DNA of 64,000 nt from Convolutriloba macropyga (taxonomy: Eukaryota): contig NC_134469.1 of NCBI RefSeq assembly GCF_964194025.1, positions 6,510,001 to 6,574,000 on the forward strand. The letters are read 5' to 3'. Below the pieces are notes generated by a model, which was not told where the DNA came from, made no database searches, and saw only the letters and a list, made by a program, of their open reading frames with translations. Each line of letters begins with the position of its first letter. Position 1 is the stretch's first letter. Positions 38,801 to 52,229 of the stretch are shown here, piece by piece. Made by a program: the position numbers and the translations under genes.

Positions 38801-39610
38801 TCCCTACCAGTACTTTCAAGCATCGGTGGTTGAGTGGTAGAATTGTCGCCTGCCACGCGATAGACCCGGGTTCGATTACCGGCCGATGCAACTTATTATC
38901 TGCGCATATTATTGTCAGAGAATAGCAGAGAAAAACGCGCACAAAGAAGAAAATATATGATTATAGAGTTTGTCCCTACGATTATTGTCAAGCATCAGTG
39001 GTCCAGAGGTAGAATTGTCGCCTGCCACGCGATAGACCCTGGTTCGATTCCCGCCCGATGCAACTTATTATCTGCCTACGACAAATGCGCATATTATTAT
39101 CAGAGAATAGCAGCGAAAAATGCGCACGCAGAGAAAAACGTGCACGCAGACAAAACCGCGCACGCATAGGAAAATGCGCACGCAGAGAAAAATATATGAT
39201 GATAAAGTAGGTCCCTACCAGGTTTGTCAAGCATCGGTGGTTCAGTGGTAGAATTGTCGCCTGCCACGCGATAGACCCGGGTTCGATTCCCGGCCGATGC
39301 AAGTTATTATCTGCGCACGATAAATGCGCATATTATTATCAGAGAATAGCTGAGAAAAATGCGCACGCAGACAAAACCACTCACGCAGAGGAAAATGTAA
39401 ACGCAAAGAAAAATATATGATTGGAGAGGATGTCCCTACCAGTACTTTCAAGCATCGGTGGTTGAGTGGTTGAATTGTCGCCTGCAACGCGATAGACCCG
39501 GGTTCGATTCCCGGCCGATGCAACTTATTATCTGCGCACGATAAATGCGCATATTATTATCAGAGAATAGCTGAGAAAAACGCGCACAAAGAGCAAAATA
39601 TATGATTATA
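35700..39610 (+). repeat. ~1.6-kb block repeated at +2318
   Basis: tRNA 36078/38396; ORFs 35850/38168, 36292/38610, 36924/39242; shared 13-bp deletion at ~36585/~38903. Confidence 0.85.
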
Positions 39611-42600
39611 GAGTTTGTCCCTACAATTATTGTCAAGCATCAGTGGATCAGAGGTAGAATTGTCGCCTGCCACTCGATAGACCCGGGTTCGTTTCCCGCC
39701 CGATGCAACTTATTATCTGCGCACGATAAATGCGCATATTATTATCAGAGAATAGCAGCGAAAAATGCGCACGCAGAGAAAAACGCGCACGCAGACAAAA
39801 CCGCGCACGCATAGGAAAATGCGCACGCAGAGAAAAATATATGATGATAAAGTAGGTCCCTACCAGGTTTGTCAAGCATCGGTGGTTCAGTGGTAGAATT
39901 GTCGCCTGCCACGCGATAGACCAGGGTTCGATTCCCGCCCGATGCAACTTATTATCTGCGCACGAAAAATGCGCAAATTATTATCAGATTAGCAGAGAAA
40001 AACGCGCACAAAGAGGAAAATAGATGATTATAGAGTTTGTCCCTACGATTATTGTCAAGTATCAGTGGTTCAGAGGTAGAATTGTCGCCTGCCACGCGAT
40101 AGACCCGGGTTCGAGTCCCGCCCGATGAAACTTATTATCTGCGCACGATAAATGCGCATATTATTATCAGAGAAAAGCAGCGAAAAATGTGCACGCAGAG
40201 AAAAACGCGCACGCAGACAAAACCGCGCACGCAGAGGAAAATGCGCACGCAAAGAAAAATATATGATTAGAGAGGATGTCCATACCAGTACTTTCAAGCA
40301 TCGGTGGTTCAGTGGTAAAAATTGTCACCTGCCACGCGATAGACCCGGTTTCGATTCCCGGCCGATGCAACTTATTATCTGCGCACGATAAATGCGCATA
40401 TTATTATCAGAGAATAGCAGCGAAAAATGTGCACGCAGAGAAAAACGCGCACGCAGACAAAAACGGGCACGCATAGGTAAATGCGCACGCAGAGAAAAAT
40501 ATATGATTATAGAGTAGGTCCCTACCACGTTTGTCAAGCATCGGTGGTTCAGTGGTAGAATTGTCGCCTGCCACGCGATAGACTCGGGTTCGATTCCCGG
40601 CCGATGCAACTTATTATTTGCGCACGACAAATTCGCAAATTATTATCAGAGAATAGCAGAGAAAAACACGCACAAAGAGGATAAAACGCACGCAGAGAAA
40701 AATATATGATTATAGAGTATGTCCTTACGATTATTGTCAAGCATCGGTGGTTCAGTGGTAGAATTGTCGCCTGCCACGCGATAGACCTGGGTTCAATTCT
40801 CGGCCGATGCAACTTATTATCTGCGCACGAAAAATGCGCATATTATTATCAGAGAATAGCAGAGAAAAATGCACACGCAGAGAAAAACGCGCACGCAGAC
40901 AAAACCGCGCACGCAGAGGAAAATGCGCATGCAAAGAAAAATATATGATTAGAGAGTGTGTCCTTACCAGTGCTTTCAAGCATCGGTGGTTCAGTGGTAG
41001 GATTGTCGCCTGCAACGCGATAGACCCGGGTTCGACTCCCGGCCGATGCAACTTATTATCTGCGCACGATAAATGCGCAAATTATTATCAGAGAAAAGCT
41101 GAGAAAAATGCGCACGCAGACAAAACCGCTCACGCAGAGGAAAATGTGCACGCAAAGAAAAATACATAATTAGAGAGGATGTCCCTACCAGTACTTTCAA
41201 GCATCGGTGGTTGAGTGGTAGAATTGTCGTCTGCCACGCGATAGACCCGGGTTCGATTCCCGGCCGATGCAACTTATTATCTGCGCACGATAAATGCGCA
41301 TATTATTGTCAGAGAATAGCAGAGAAAAATGCGCACGCAGAGAAAAACGTGCACGCAGACAAAACCGCGCACGCATAGGAAAATACGCACGCAGAGAAAA
41401 ATATATGATGATAAAGTAGGTCCCTACCAGGTTTGTCAAGCATCGGTGGTTCAGTGGTAGAATTGTCTCCTGCCACGCGATAGACCAGGGTTCGATTCCC
41501 GCCCGATGCAACTTATTATCTGCGCACGAAAAATGCGCAAATTATTATCAGATTAGCAGAGAAAAACGCGCACAAAGAGGAAAATATATGATTATAGAGT
41601 TTGTCCCTACGATTATTGTCAAGCATCAGTGGTTCAGAGGTAGAATTGTCGCCTGCCACGCGATAGACCCGGGTTCGAGTCCCGCCCGATGCAACTTATT
41701 ATCTGCGCACGATAAATGCGCATATTATTATCAGAGAATAGCAGCGAAAAATGTGCACGCAGAGAAAAACGCACACGCAGACAAAACCGCGCACGCAGAG
41801 GAAAATGCGCACGCAAAGAAAAATATATGATTAGAGAGGATGTCCATACCAGTACTTTCAAGCATCGGTGGTTCAGTGGTAAAATTGTCGCCTGCCACGC
41901 GATAGACCCGGGTTCGATAGACCCGGCCGATGCAACGTATTATCTGCGCATCAAAGCTTTTCTCCCGCCCATACCTACCTTTAGAGACCAATTGTCATAG
42001 CATGGCAAATGGGCGCATAAGCAGGCTAGCAAGCTATATCAAGCGGTAAACAATAAGGGCCATATAATTTGCAAACCAGCGCAAATTCTGATTCTTTTGC
42101 CCGCGCAGAAAATGACAGAGAAAAATTCGCAGGCAAAAAAGCGTACCCAGAGAAATATATCAATATAGAGCATGTCCCTACCACTATTGTCATGCATCGA
42201 TGGTTCAGTGGTAGAATTGTCGCCTGCCACAATATAGACCCGTGTTCGATTCCCGGCCAAGGGCACTTGCTATCTGCGCACGAAAACAGCGCAACTTATT
42301 ATCATAGAATAGCAGAGAAAAACGCGCACGCACACAAAAACGTGCAACCAGAGAAAAATATATGATTATAGAGTATGTCCCTATCAGTTTTGTCAAGCAT
42401 CGGTGGTTCAGTGGTAGAATTATTGCCTGCCACTCGATAGACCCGGGTTCGATTCCCAGCCGATGCAACTTATTATCTGCGCATCAAAATTTTTCTCCCG
42501 CCCATACCTACCTTTAGAGACCAATTGTCATAGCATGGCAAATTGGCGTATAAGCAGGCTAGTAAGCTATATCAAGCGGTAAACAATAAGGCGCATATAA

Positions 42601-45600
42601 TTTGCAAACCAGCGTAAAATCTGGTTCTTTTGCCCGAGCAGAAGAAAGAGACAGAGAAAAAATCGCACGCAGAGAAAAAAGCGCACGCAGAAAAACATAT
42701 ATCAGTATAGAGTATGTCCCTAACAGTATTGTCAAGCATCGGTGGTTCAGTGGTACAATTTTTGCCTGCCACGCGATAGACCCGGGTTCGATTCCCGGCC
42801 GATGCAACTTATTATCTGCGCTCGAAAAATGCGCAAATTATTGTCAGAGAATAGCCGAGACAAATGCGCACGCAGAGAAAAACGCGCACGCAGACAAAAA
42901 AATCGCACGCAGACAAAAACGGGCACGCATAGGCAAATGCGCACGCAGAGAAAAATATATGATGATAGAGTAGGTCCCTACCAGGTTTTTCAAGCATCGG
43001 TGGTTCAGTGGTAGAATTGTCGCCTGACACGCAATAGACCAGGGTTCGATTCCCGCACGATGCAACTTATTATCTGCGCACGAAAAATGCGCAAATTATT
43101 ATCAGAGATTAGCAGAGAAAAACTCACACGAAGAGGAAAATGCGCACGCAGAGAAAAATATATGATTATAGAGTTTGTCCCTACGATTATTGTCAAGCAT
43201 CAGTGGTTCAGAGGTAGAATTGTCGCCTGCCACGCGATAGACCCGGGTTCGGTTCCCGCCAGATGCAACTTATTATCTGCGCACGATAAATGCGCATATT
43301 ATTATCAGAAAATAGCAGCAAAAAATGCGCACGCAGAGAAAAACGCGCACGCAGACAAAACCGCGCACGCAGAGGAAAATGCGCACGCAAAGAAAAATAT
43401 ATGATTAGAGAGGATGTCCATAACAGTACTTTCAAGCATCGGTGGTTCAGTGGTAAAATTGTCGCCTGCCACGCGATAGACCCGGGTTCGATAGACCCGG
43501 CCGATGCAACTTATTATCTGCGCATCAACGCTTTTCTCCCGCCCATACCTACCTTTAGAGACCAATTATCATAGCATGGCAAATGGGCGCATAAGCAGGC
43601 TAGCAAGCTATATCAAGCGGTAAACAATAAGGGCCATATAATTTGCAAACCAGCGCAAATTCTGATTCTTTTGCCCGCACAGAAGAAAATGAAAGAGAAA
43701 AATTCGCACGCAAAAAACCGCACCCAGAGAAATATATCAATACAGAGTATGTCCCTACCACTATTTTCATGCATCGATGGTTCAGTGGTAGAATTGTCGC
43801 CTGCCACAATATAGACCCGTGTTCGATTCCCGGCCAAGGGCACTTGCTATCTGCGCACGAAAACAGCGCAACTTATTATCATAGAATAGCAGAGAAAAAC
43901 GCGCACGCAGACAAAACCGCGCACGCAGAGGAAAATGCGCACGCAAAGAAAAATATATGATTAGAGAGGATGTCCATAACAGTACTTTCAAGCATCGGTG
44001 GTTCAGTGGTAAAATTGTCGCCTGCCACGCGATAGACCCGGGTTCGATAGACCCGGCCGATGCAACTTATTATCTGCGCATCAACGCTTTTCTCCCGCCC
44101 ATACCTACCTTTAGAGACCAATTATCATAGCATGGCAAATGGGCGCATAAGCAGGCTAGCAAGCTATATCAAGCGGTAAACAATAAGGGCCATATAATTT
44201 GCAAACCAGCGCAAATTCTGATTCTTTTGCCCGCACAGAAGAAAATGAAAGAGAAAAATTCGCACGCAAAAAAAGCGCACCCAGAGAAATATATCAATAT
44301 AGAGTATGTCCTTACCATTATTGTCCTGCATCGATGATTCAGTGGTAGAATTGTCGCCTGCCACAATATAGACCCGTGTTCCACACCCGGGCAAGGCCAC
44401 TTGCTATCTGCGCACGAAAAAAGCTCAACTTATTATCATAGAATAGCAGAGAAAAACGCGCACGCAGACGAAAACGTGCACGCAGAGGAAAATGCGCACG
44501 CAGAGAAAAATATATGATTGTAGAGTATGTCCCTATCAGCTTTGTCAAGCATCGGTGGTTCAGTGGTAGAATTGTCGCCTGCCACGCGATAGACCCGGGT
44601 TCGATTCCCGGCTGATGCAACTTATTATCTGCGCACAAAAACTGCGCAAAATTATTGTCAAAGAATAGCAGAGAAAAATGCGCGCACAGAGGAAAAATGC
44701 GCACGCAGAGAAAAATATATGACTATAGAGTATGTCCCTACGATTATTGTCAAGCATCAGTGGTTTAGAGGTAGAATTGTCTCCTGCCACGCGATAGACC
44801 CGGGTTCGATAGACCCGGCCGATTCAACTTATTATCTGCGCATCAAAGCTTTTCTCCCGCCCATACCTACCTTTAGAGACAAATTGTCATAGCATGGCAA
44901 ATGGGCGTATAAGCAGGCTAGCAAGCTATATCAAGCGGTAAACAATAAGGGCCATATAATTTGCAAACCAGCGCAAATTCTGATTCTTTTGCCCGCGCAG
45001 AAGAAAATGACAGAGAAAAATTCGCACGCAAAAAAGCGCACCCAGAGAAATATATCAATATAGAGTATGTCCCTACCACTATTGCCCTGCATCGATGGTT
45101 CAGTGGTAGAATTGTCGCCTGCCACAATATAGACCCGTGTTCGATTCCCGGCCAAGGCCGCTTACTATCTGCGCACGAAAAGACAGCAACTTATTCGCAG
45201 AGAATAGCAGAGAAAAACGCGCACGCAGACGAAAACGTGCACGCAGAGGAAAATGAGAACGCAGAGAAAAATATATGATTATAGAGTATGTCCCTACGAT
45301 TATTCTCAAGCATCGGTGGTTCAGTGGTAGAATTGTCGCCTGCCACGCGATAGACCCGGGTTCGATTCCCGGCCGATGCAACTTATTATCTCCGCACAGA
45401 AACTGCGCAAATAATTATCAGAGAATAGCAGAGAAAAATGCGCACGCAGAGAAAAACGCGCACGTAGACAAAAACGCGCACGCAGACAAAAACGGGCACG
45501 CATAGGAAAATGCGCACGCAGAGAAAAATATATGATCATAGAGTAGGTCCCTACCAGGATTGTCAAGCATCGGTGGTTCAGTGGTAGAATTGTCGCCTGC

Positions 45601-48600
45601 CACGCGATAGACCCGGGTTCGATTCCAGCCCGATGCAACTTATTATCTGCGCACGAAAAATGCGCAAATTATTATCAGAGAATAGCAGAGAAAAATGCGC
45701 ACGCAGAGAAAAACGCGCACGCAGACAAAAACGGGCACGCATAGGAAAATTCGCACACAGAGAAAAATATATGATGATAGAGTAGGTCCCTACCAGGTTT
45801 GTCAATCATCGGTGATTCAGTGGTAGAATTGTCGCCTGACACGCGATAGACCAGGGTTCGATTCCAGCCCGATGCAACTTATTATCTGCGCACGAAAAAT
45901 GCGCAAGCAGAGAAAAACGCGCACAAAGAGGAAAATGCGCACGCAGAGAAAAATATATGATTATAGAGTTTGTCCCTACGATTATTGTCAAGCATCAGTG
46001 GTTCAGAGGTAGAATTGTCGCCTGCCACGCGATAGACCCGGGTTCGGTTCCCGCCCGATGGAACTTATTATCTGCGCACGATAAATGCGCATATTATTAT
46101 CAGAGAATAGCAGCAAAAAATGCGCACGCAGAAAAACGCGCACGCAGACAAAACCGCGCACGCAGAGGAAAATGCGCACGCAAAGAAAAATATATGATTA
46201 GAGAGGATGTCCATACCAGTACTTTCAAGCATCGGTGGTTCAGTGGTAAAATTGTCGCCTGCCACGCGATAGACACGGATTCGATAGACCCGGCCGATGC
46301 AAATTATTATCTGCACATCAAAGCTTTTCTCCAGCCCATACCTACCTTTAGAGACCAATTGTCATAGCATGGCAAATGGGCGCATAAGCAGGCTAGCAAG
46401 CTATATCAAGCGGTAAACAATAGGGGCCATATAATTTGCAAACCAGCGCAAATTCTGATTCTTTTGCCAGCGCAGAAGAAAATGACAGAGAAAAATTCGC
46501 ACGCAAAAAAGCGCACCCAGAGAAATATATCAATATAGAGTATGTCCCTACCACTATTGTCATGCATCGATGGTTCAGTGGTAGAATTGTCGCCTGCCAC
46601 AATATAGACCCGTGTTCGATTCCCGGCCAAGGCCACTTACTATCTGCGCACGAAAAAAGCGCAACTTATTATCAGAGAATAGCAGAGAAAAACGTGCACG
46701 CAGACGAAAACCTGCACACAGAGGAAAATGCGCACGCAGAGAAAAATATATGATTATAGAGTATGTCCCTATCAGTTTTGTCAAGCATCGGTGGTTTAGT
46801 GGTTGAATTGTCGCCTGCCACGCGATAGACACGGGTTCGATTCCCGGCTGATGCAACTTATTATCTGCGCACAAAAACTGCGCAAAATTATTGTCAAAGA
46901 ATAGCAGAGAAAAATGCGCACACAGAGGAAAAATGCGCACGCAGAGAAAAATATATGATTATAGAGTATGTCCCTACGATTTTTGTCAAACATCAGTGGT
47001 TCAGAGGTAGAACTGTCGCCTGCCACGCGATAGACCCGGGTTTGATTCCCGGCTGATGCAACTTATTATCTCCGCATCAAAGCTTTTCTCCCGCCCATAC
47101 CTACCTTTAGAGACCAATTGTCATAGCATGGCAAACGGGCGCATAAGCAGGCTAGCAAGCTATATCAAGCGGTAAACAATAAGGGCCATATAATTTGCAA
47201 ACCAGCGCAAACTCTGATTCTTTTGCCCGCGCAGAAGAAAATGACAGAGAAAAATTCGCACGCAAAAAAAGCGCACCCAGAGAAATATATCAATATAGAG
47301 TATGTCCTTACCATTATTGTCCTGCATCGATGATTCAGTGGTAGAATTGTCGCCTGCCACAATATAGACCCGTGTTCGATCCCGGCCAAGGCCACTTACT
47401 ATCTGCGCACGAAAAAAGAGCCACTTATTATCAGAGAATAGCAGAGAAAAACGCGTACGCAGACGAAAACGTGCACGCAGAGAAAAATGCGCACGCAGAG
47501 AAAAATATATGATTATAGAGTATGTCCCTATCAGTTTTGTCAAGCATCGGTGGCTCAGTGGAAGAATTGTCGCCTGCCACGCGATAGACCCGGGTTAGAT
47601 TCCCGGTTGATGGAACTTATTATCTGCGCACAAAAACTGCGCAAAATTATTGTCAAAGAATAGCAGAGAAAAATGCGCACACAGAGGAAAAATGCGCACG
47701 CAGAGAAAAATATATGATTATAGAGAAGGTCCCTTCAAGTTTTGTCAAGCATCGGTGGTTGAGTAGTAGAATTGTCGCCTGCCACGCGATAGACCCGTGT
47801 TCGATTCACGGCCGATGCAACTTATTATCTGCGCACGAAAAATGCGCAAATTATTATCAGAAAATAGCAGAAAAAAACGCGCACAAAGAGGAAAAAGTGC
47901 ACGCAGAGAAAAATATATGATCATAGAGTATGTACATACCAATATTATCAAGCATCGGTGGTTCAGTGGTAGAATTGTCGCCTGCCACGCGATAGACCCG
48001 GGTTCGATTCCCGGCCGATACAACTGATTATCTGAGCACGAAAAATGCGCAAATTATTATCAGAGAATAGCAGAGAAAAACGCGCACGCAGAGAAAAATA
48101 TATGATTATAGAGTAGGTCTTTTCCAGTTTTGTCAAGCATCGGTGGTTCAGCAGTAGAAATGTCGCCTGCCACGCAATAGACCCGTGTTCGATTCACGGC
48201 CGATGCAACTTATTATCTGCGCACGAAAAATGCGCAAATTTTTATCAGAAAATAGCAGAAAAAAAACGCGAACAAAGAGGAAAAAGCGCACGAAGAGAAA
48301 AATATATGATCATAGAGTATGTCCATACCAGTATTGTCAAGCTTCGGTGGTTCAGTAGTAGAATTGTCGCCTGCCACGCGATAGACCCGTGTTCGATTCA
48401 CGGCCGATGCAACTTATTATCTGCGCACGAAAAATGCGCAAATTATTATCAAAAAATAGCAGAAAAAAAACGCGCACAAAGAGGAAAAAGCGCACGCAGA
48501 GAAAAATATATGATCATAGAGTATGTCCATACCAGTATTGTCAAGCATCGGTGGTTCAGTGGTAGAATTGACGCCTGCCACGAGATAGACCCGGGTTCGA

Positions 48601-48952
48601 TTTCCGGCCCATGCAACTTATTATCTGCGCAAGAAAAATGCGCAAATTATTATCAGAAAATAGCAGAAAAAAACGCGCACAAAGAGGAAAAAGCGCACGC
48701 AGAGAAAAATATATGATCATGGGGTATGTCCCTACGAGTATTGTCAAGCATCGGTGGTTCAGTGGCACAATTGTCTCCTGCCACGCGATAGACCCGGGTT
48801 CGATTCCCGGCTGATGCAACTTATTATCTGCTCACAAAAATTGCGCAAAATTATTGTCAAAGAATAGGAGAGAAAAATGCGCACACAGAGGAAAAATGCG
48901 CACGCAGAGAAAAATATATGAGGATAGAGTATGTCCCTACGATTATTGTTAA

Positions 48953-49023
48953 GCATCAGTGGTTCAGAGGTAGAATTGTCGCCTGCCACGCGATAGACCC
49001 GGGTTCGATTCCCGGCTGATGCA
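48953..49023 (+). tRNA. tRNA-Gly(GCC) variant with compensated acceptor stem and downstream terminator
   Basis: GCATCAG/CTGATGC fully paired, other stems intact, TTTT at 49047-49050. Confidence 0.7.
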
Positions 49024-49708
49024 ACTTATTATCTGCGCATCAAAGCTTTTCTCCTACCCATACCTACCTTTAGAGATCAATTGTCATAGCATGGCAAATG
49101 GGCGCATAAGCAGGCTAGCAAGCTATATCAAGCGGTAAACAATAAGGGCCATATAATTTGCAAACCAGCGCAAATTCTGATTCTTTTGCCCGCGCAGAAG
49201 AAAATGACAGAGAAAAATTCGCACGCAAAAAAGCGCACCCAGAGAAATATATCAATATAGAGTATGTCCCTACCACTATTGTCCTGCATCGATGGTTCAG
49301 TGGTAGAATTGTCGCCTGCCACAATATAGACCCGTGTTCGATTCCCAGCCACGGCCACTTACTATCTGCGCACGAAAAAAGAGCAACTTATTATCAGAGA
49401 ATAACAGAGAAAAACGCGTACGCAGACGAAAACGTGCACGCAGAGGAAAATGCGCACGCAGAGAAAAATATATGATTATAGAGTATGTCCCTATCAGTTT
49501 TGTCAAGCATCGGTGGTTCAGTGGAAGAATTGTCGCGTGCCACGCGATAGACCCGGGTTGGATTCCCGGCTGATGCAACTTATTCTCTGCGCACGAAAAA
49601 TGCGAAAATTATTATCAGAAAATAGCAGAAAAAACGCGCACAAAGAGGAAAAAGCGCACGCAGAGAAAAATATATGATGATAGAGTATGTCCATACCAAT
49701 GTTATCAA

Positions 49709-49779
49709 GCATCGGTGGTTCAGTGGTAGAATTGTCGCCTACCACGCGATAGACCCGGGTTCGATTCCCGGCCGATGCA
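49709..49779 (+). tRNA. tRNA-Gly(ACC)-like gene with intact cloverleaf
   Basis: Consensus except for loop CTACCAC. Confidence 0.65.
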
Positions 49780-52229
49780 ACTGATTATCTGAGGACGAAA
49801 AATGCGCAAATTATTGTCAGAGAATAGCAGAGAAAAACGCGCACGCAGAGAAAAATATATGATTATAGAGTAGGTCCTTTCCAGTTTTGTCAAGCATCGG
49901 TGGTTCAGTAGTAGAATTGTTGCCTGCCACGCAATAGACCCGTGTTCGATTCACGGCCGATGCAACTTATTATCTGAGCACGAAAAATGCGCAAATTATT
50001 ATCAGAAAATAGCAGAAAAAAAACGCGAACAAAGAGGAAAAAGCGCACGAAGAGAAAAATATATGATCATAGAGTATGTCCATACCAGTTATGTCAAGCT
50101 TCGGTGGTTCAGTAGTAGAACTGTCGCCTGCCACGCGATAGACCCGTGTTCGATTCACGGCCGATGCAACTTATTATCTGCGCACAAAAAATGCGCAAAT
50201 TATTATCAGAAAATAGCAGAAAAAAACGCACACAAAGAGGAAAAAGCGCACGCAGAGAAAAATATATGATCATAGAGTATGTCCATACCAGTATTGTCAA
50301 GCATCGGTGGTTCAGTGGTAGAATTGACGCCTACCACGAGATAGACCCGGGTTCGATTTCCGGCCCATGGAACTTATTATCTGCGCACGAAAAATGCGCA
50401 AATTATTATCAGAAAATAGCAGAAAAAAACGCGCACAAAGAGGAAAAAGCGCACGCAGAGAAAAAAATATGATCATAGAGTATCTCCCTACGAGTATTGT
50501 CAAGCATCGGTGGTTCAGTGGTACAATTGTCGCCTGCCACGCGATAGACCCGTGTTCGATTACCGGCCGATGCAATTTAATATCTGCGCACGAAAATTGC
50601 GCAAATTATTATCAGAGAATAGCAGAGAAAAACGCGCACGCAGACGAACACGCACGCAGACAAAAACGCGCACGCAGAGAAAAATATATGATTATAGAGT
50701 ATGTCCCTACGAGTAATGTCAAGCATCGGTGGTTCAGTGGTATAAGTCTCGCCTGCCACGCGATAGACCCGGGTTCGATTCTTAGCCGATGCAACTGATT
50801 ATCTGCGCACGAAAAATGCGCAACTTATTATCAGAGAATAGCAGAGAAAAATGCGCACAGAGAAAAATGCGCAAATTATTATCAGAGAATAGCAGAGAAA
50901 AATGAGCACAAAGAGGAAAATGCGCACGCAGAGAAAAATATGATTATAGAGTATGTCCATACCAGTATTGTCAAGCTTCGGTGGTTCAGTGGTAGAAGTG
51001 TCGCCTGCCACGCGATAGACCCGGGTTCGATTCCCGGCCGATGCAACTGATTATCTGCGCACGAAAAATGCGCAAATTATTATCAGAGAATAGAAGAGAA
51101 AAATGCGCACATAGAGGAAAATGCGCAAGCAGAGAAAAATATATGATTATACAGTATGTCCATACCAGTATTGTCTAGCATCGGTGGTTCAGTGGTAGAA
51201 TTGTAGCCTGCCAGGCGATAGACCCGGGTTGGATTCCCGGCCGATGCAACTTATTATCTGCGCACGAAAAATTCGCAAATTATTATCAGAGAATAGCAGA
51301 GAAAAATTCGCACAGAGAGGAAAATGCGCAAGCAGAGAAAAATATATGATTATACAATATGTCCATACCAGTTTTGTCTAGCATCGGTGGTTCAGTGGTA
51401 GAATTGTCGCCTGCCACGCGATAGACCCGCGTTCGATTCCCGGCCGATGCAATTTATTATCTGCGCACGAAAAATGCGCAAATTATTATCACAGAATAGC
51501 AGAGAAAAATGGGCACGCAGAGAAAAACGCACAAGCAGACAAAAACGGGCACGCAGAGAAATGCGCAAGCAGAGAAAAAAATATGATTATAGAGTAGGTC
51601 CATAACAGTTTTGTCAAGCATCGTTGGTTCAGTGGTAGAGTTGTCGCCTGCCAAGCGATAGACACGGGTTCGATTCCCGGCCGATGCAACTTATTATCTG
51701 CGCACAAAAATGCGCAAATTATTATCACAGAATAGCAGAGAAAAACGCGCACAAAGAGGAAAATGCGCACGCAGAGAAAAGTATATGATTATACAGTATG
51801 TCCATACGAGTATTGTCAAGCTTCGGTGGTTCAGTGGTAGAATTGTCGCCTGCAACAAGACAGACCCGGGTTCGATTCCCGGACAATGCCACTTGATATC
51901 TTCGCACGAAAAATGCGGAAAATATCAGATAATAGCAGAGAAAAACGCGCACGCAGAGGAAAATGCGCACGCAGAGAAAAATATATGATTATACTGTATG
52001 TCCCTTCCAGTATTGCCAAGCATCGGTGGTTCAGTGGTAGAATTGTCGCCTGACACGCGATATATCCGGGTTCGATTCCCGGCCGGTGCAACTTTTTATC
52101 TGCGCTCGAAAAATGCGCAAATTATTATTATCACAGAATAGCAGAGAAAAATGCGCTCGCAGAGAAAAACGCGCACGCAGACAAAAACGCACAAGCAGAC
52201 AAAAACGGGCACGCAGAGAAATGCGCAAG

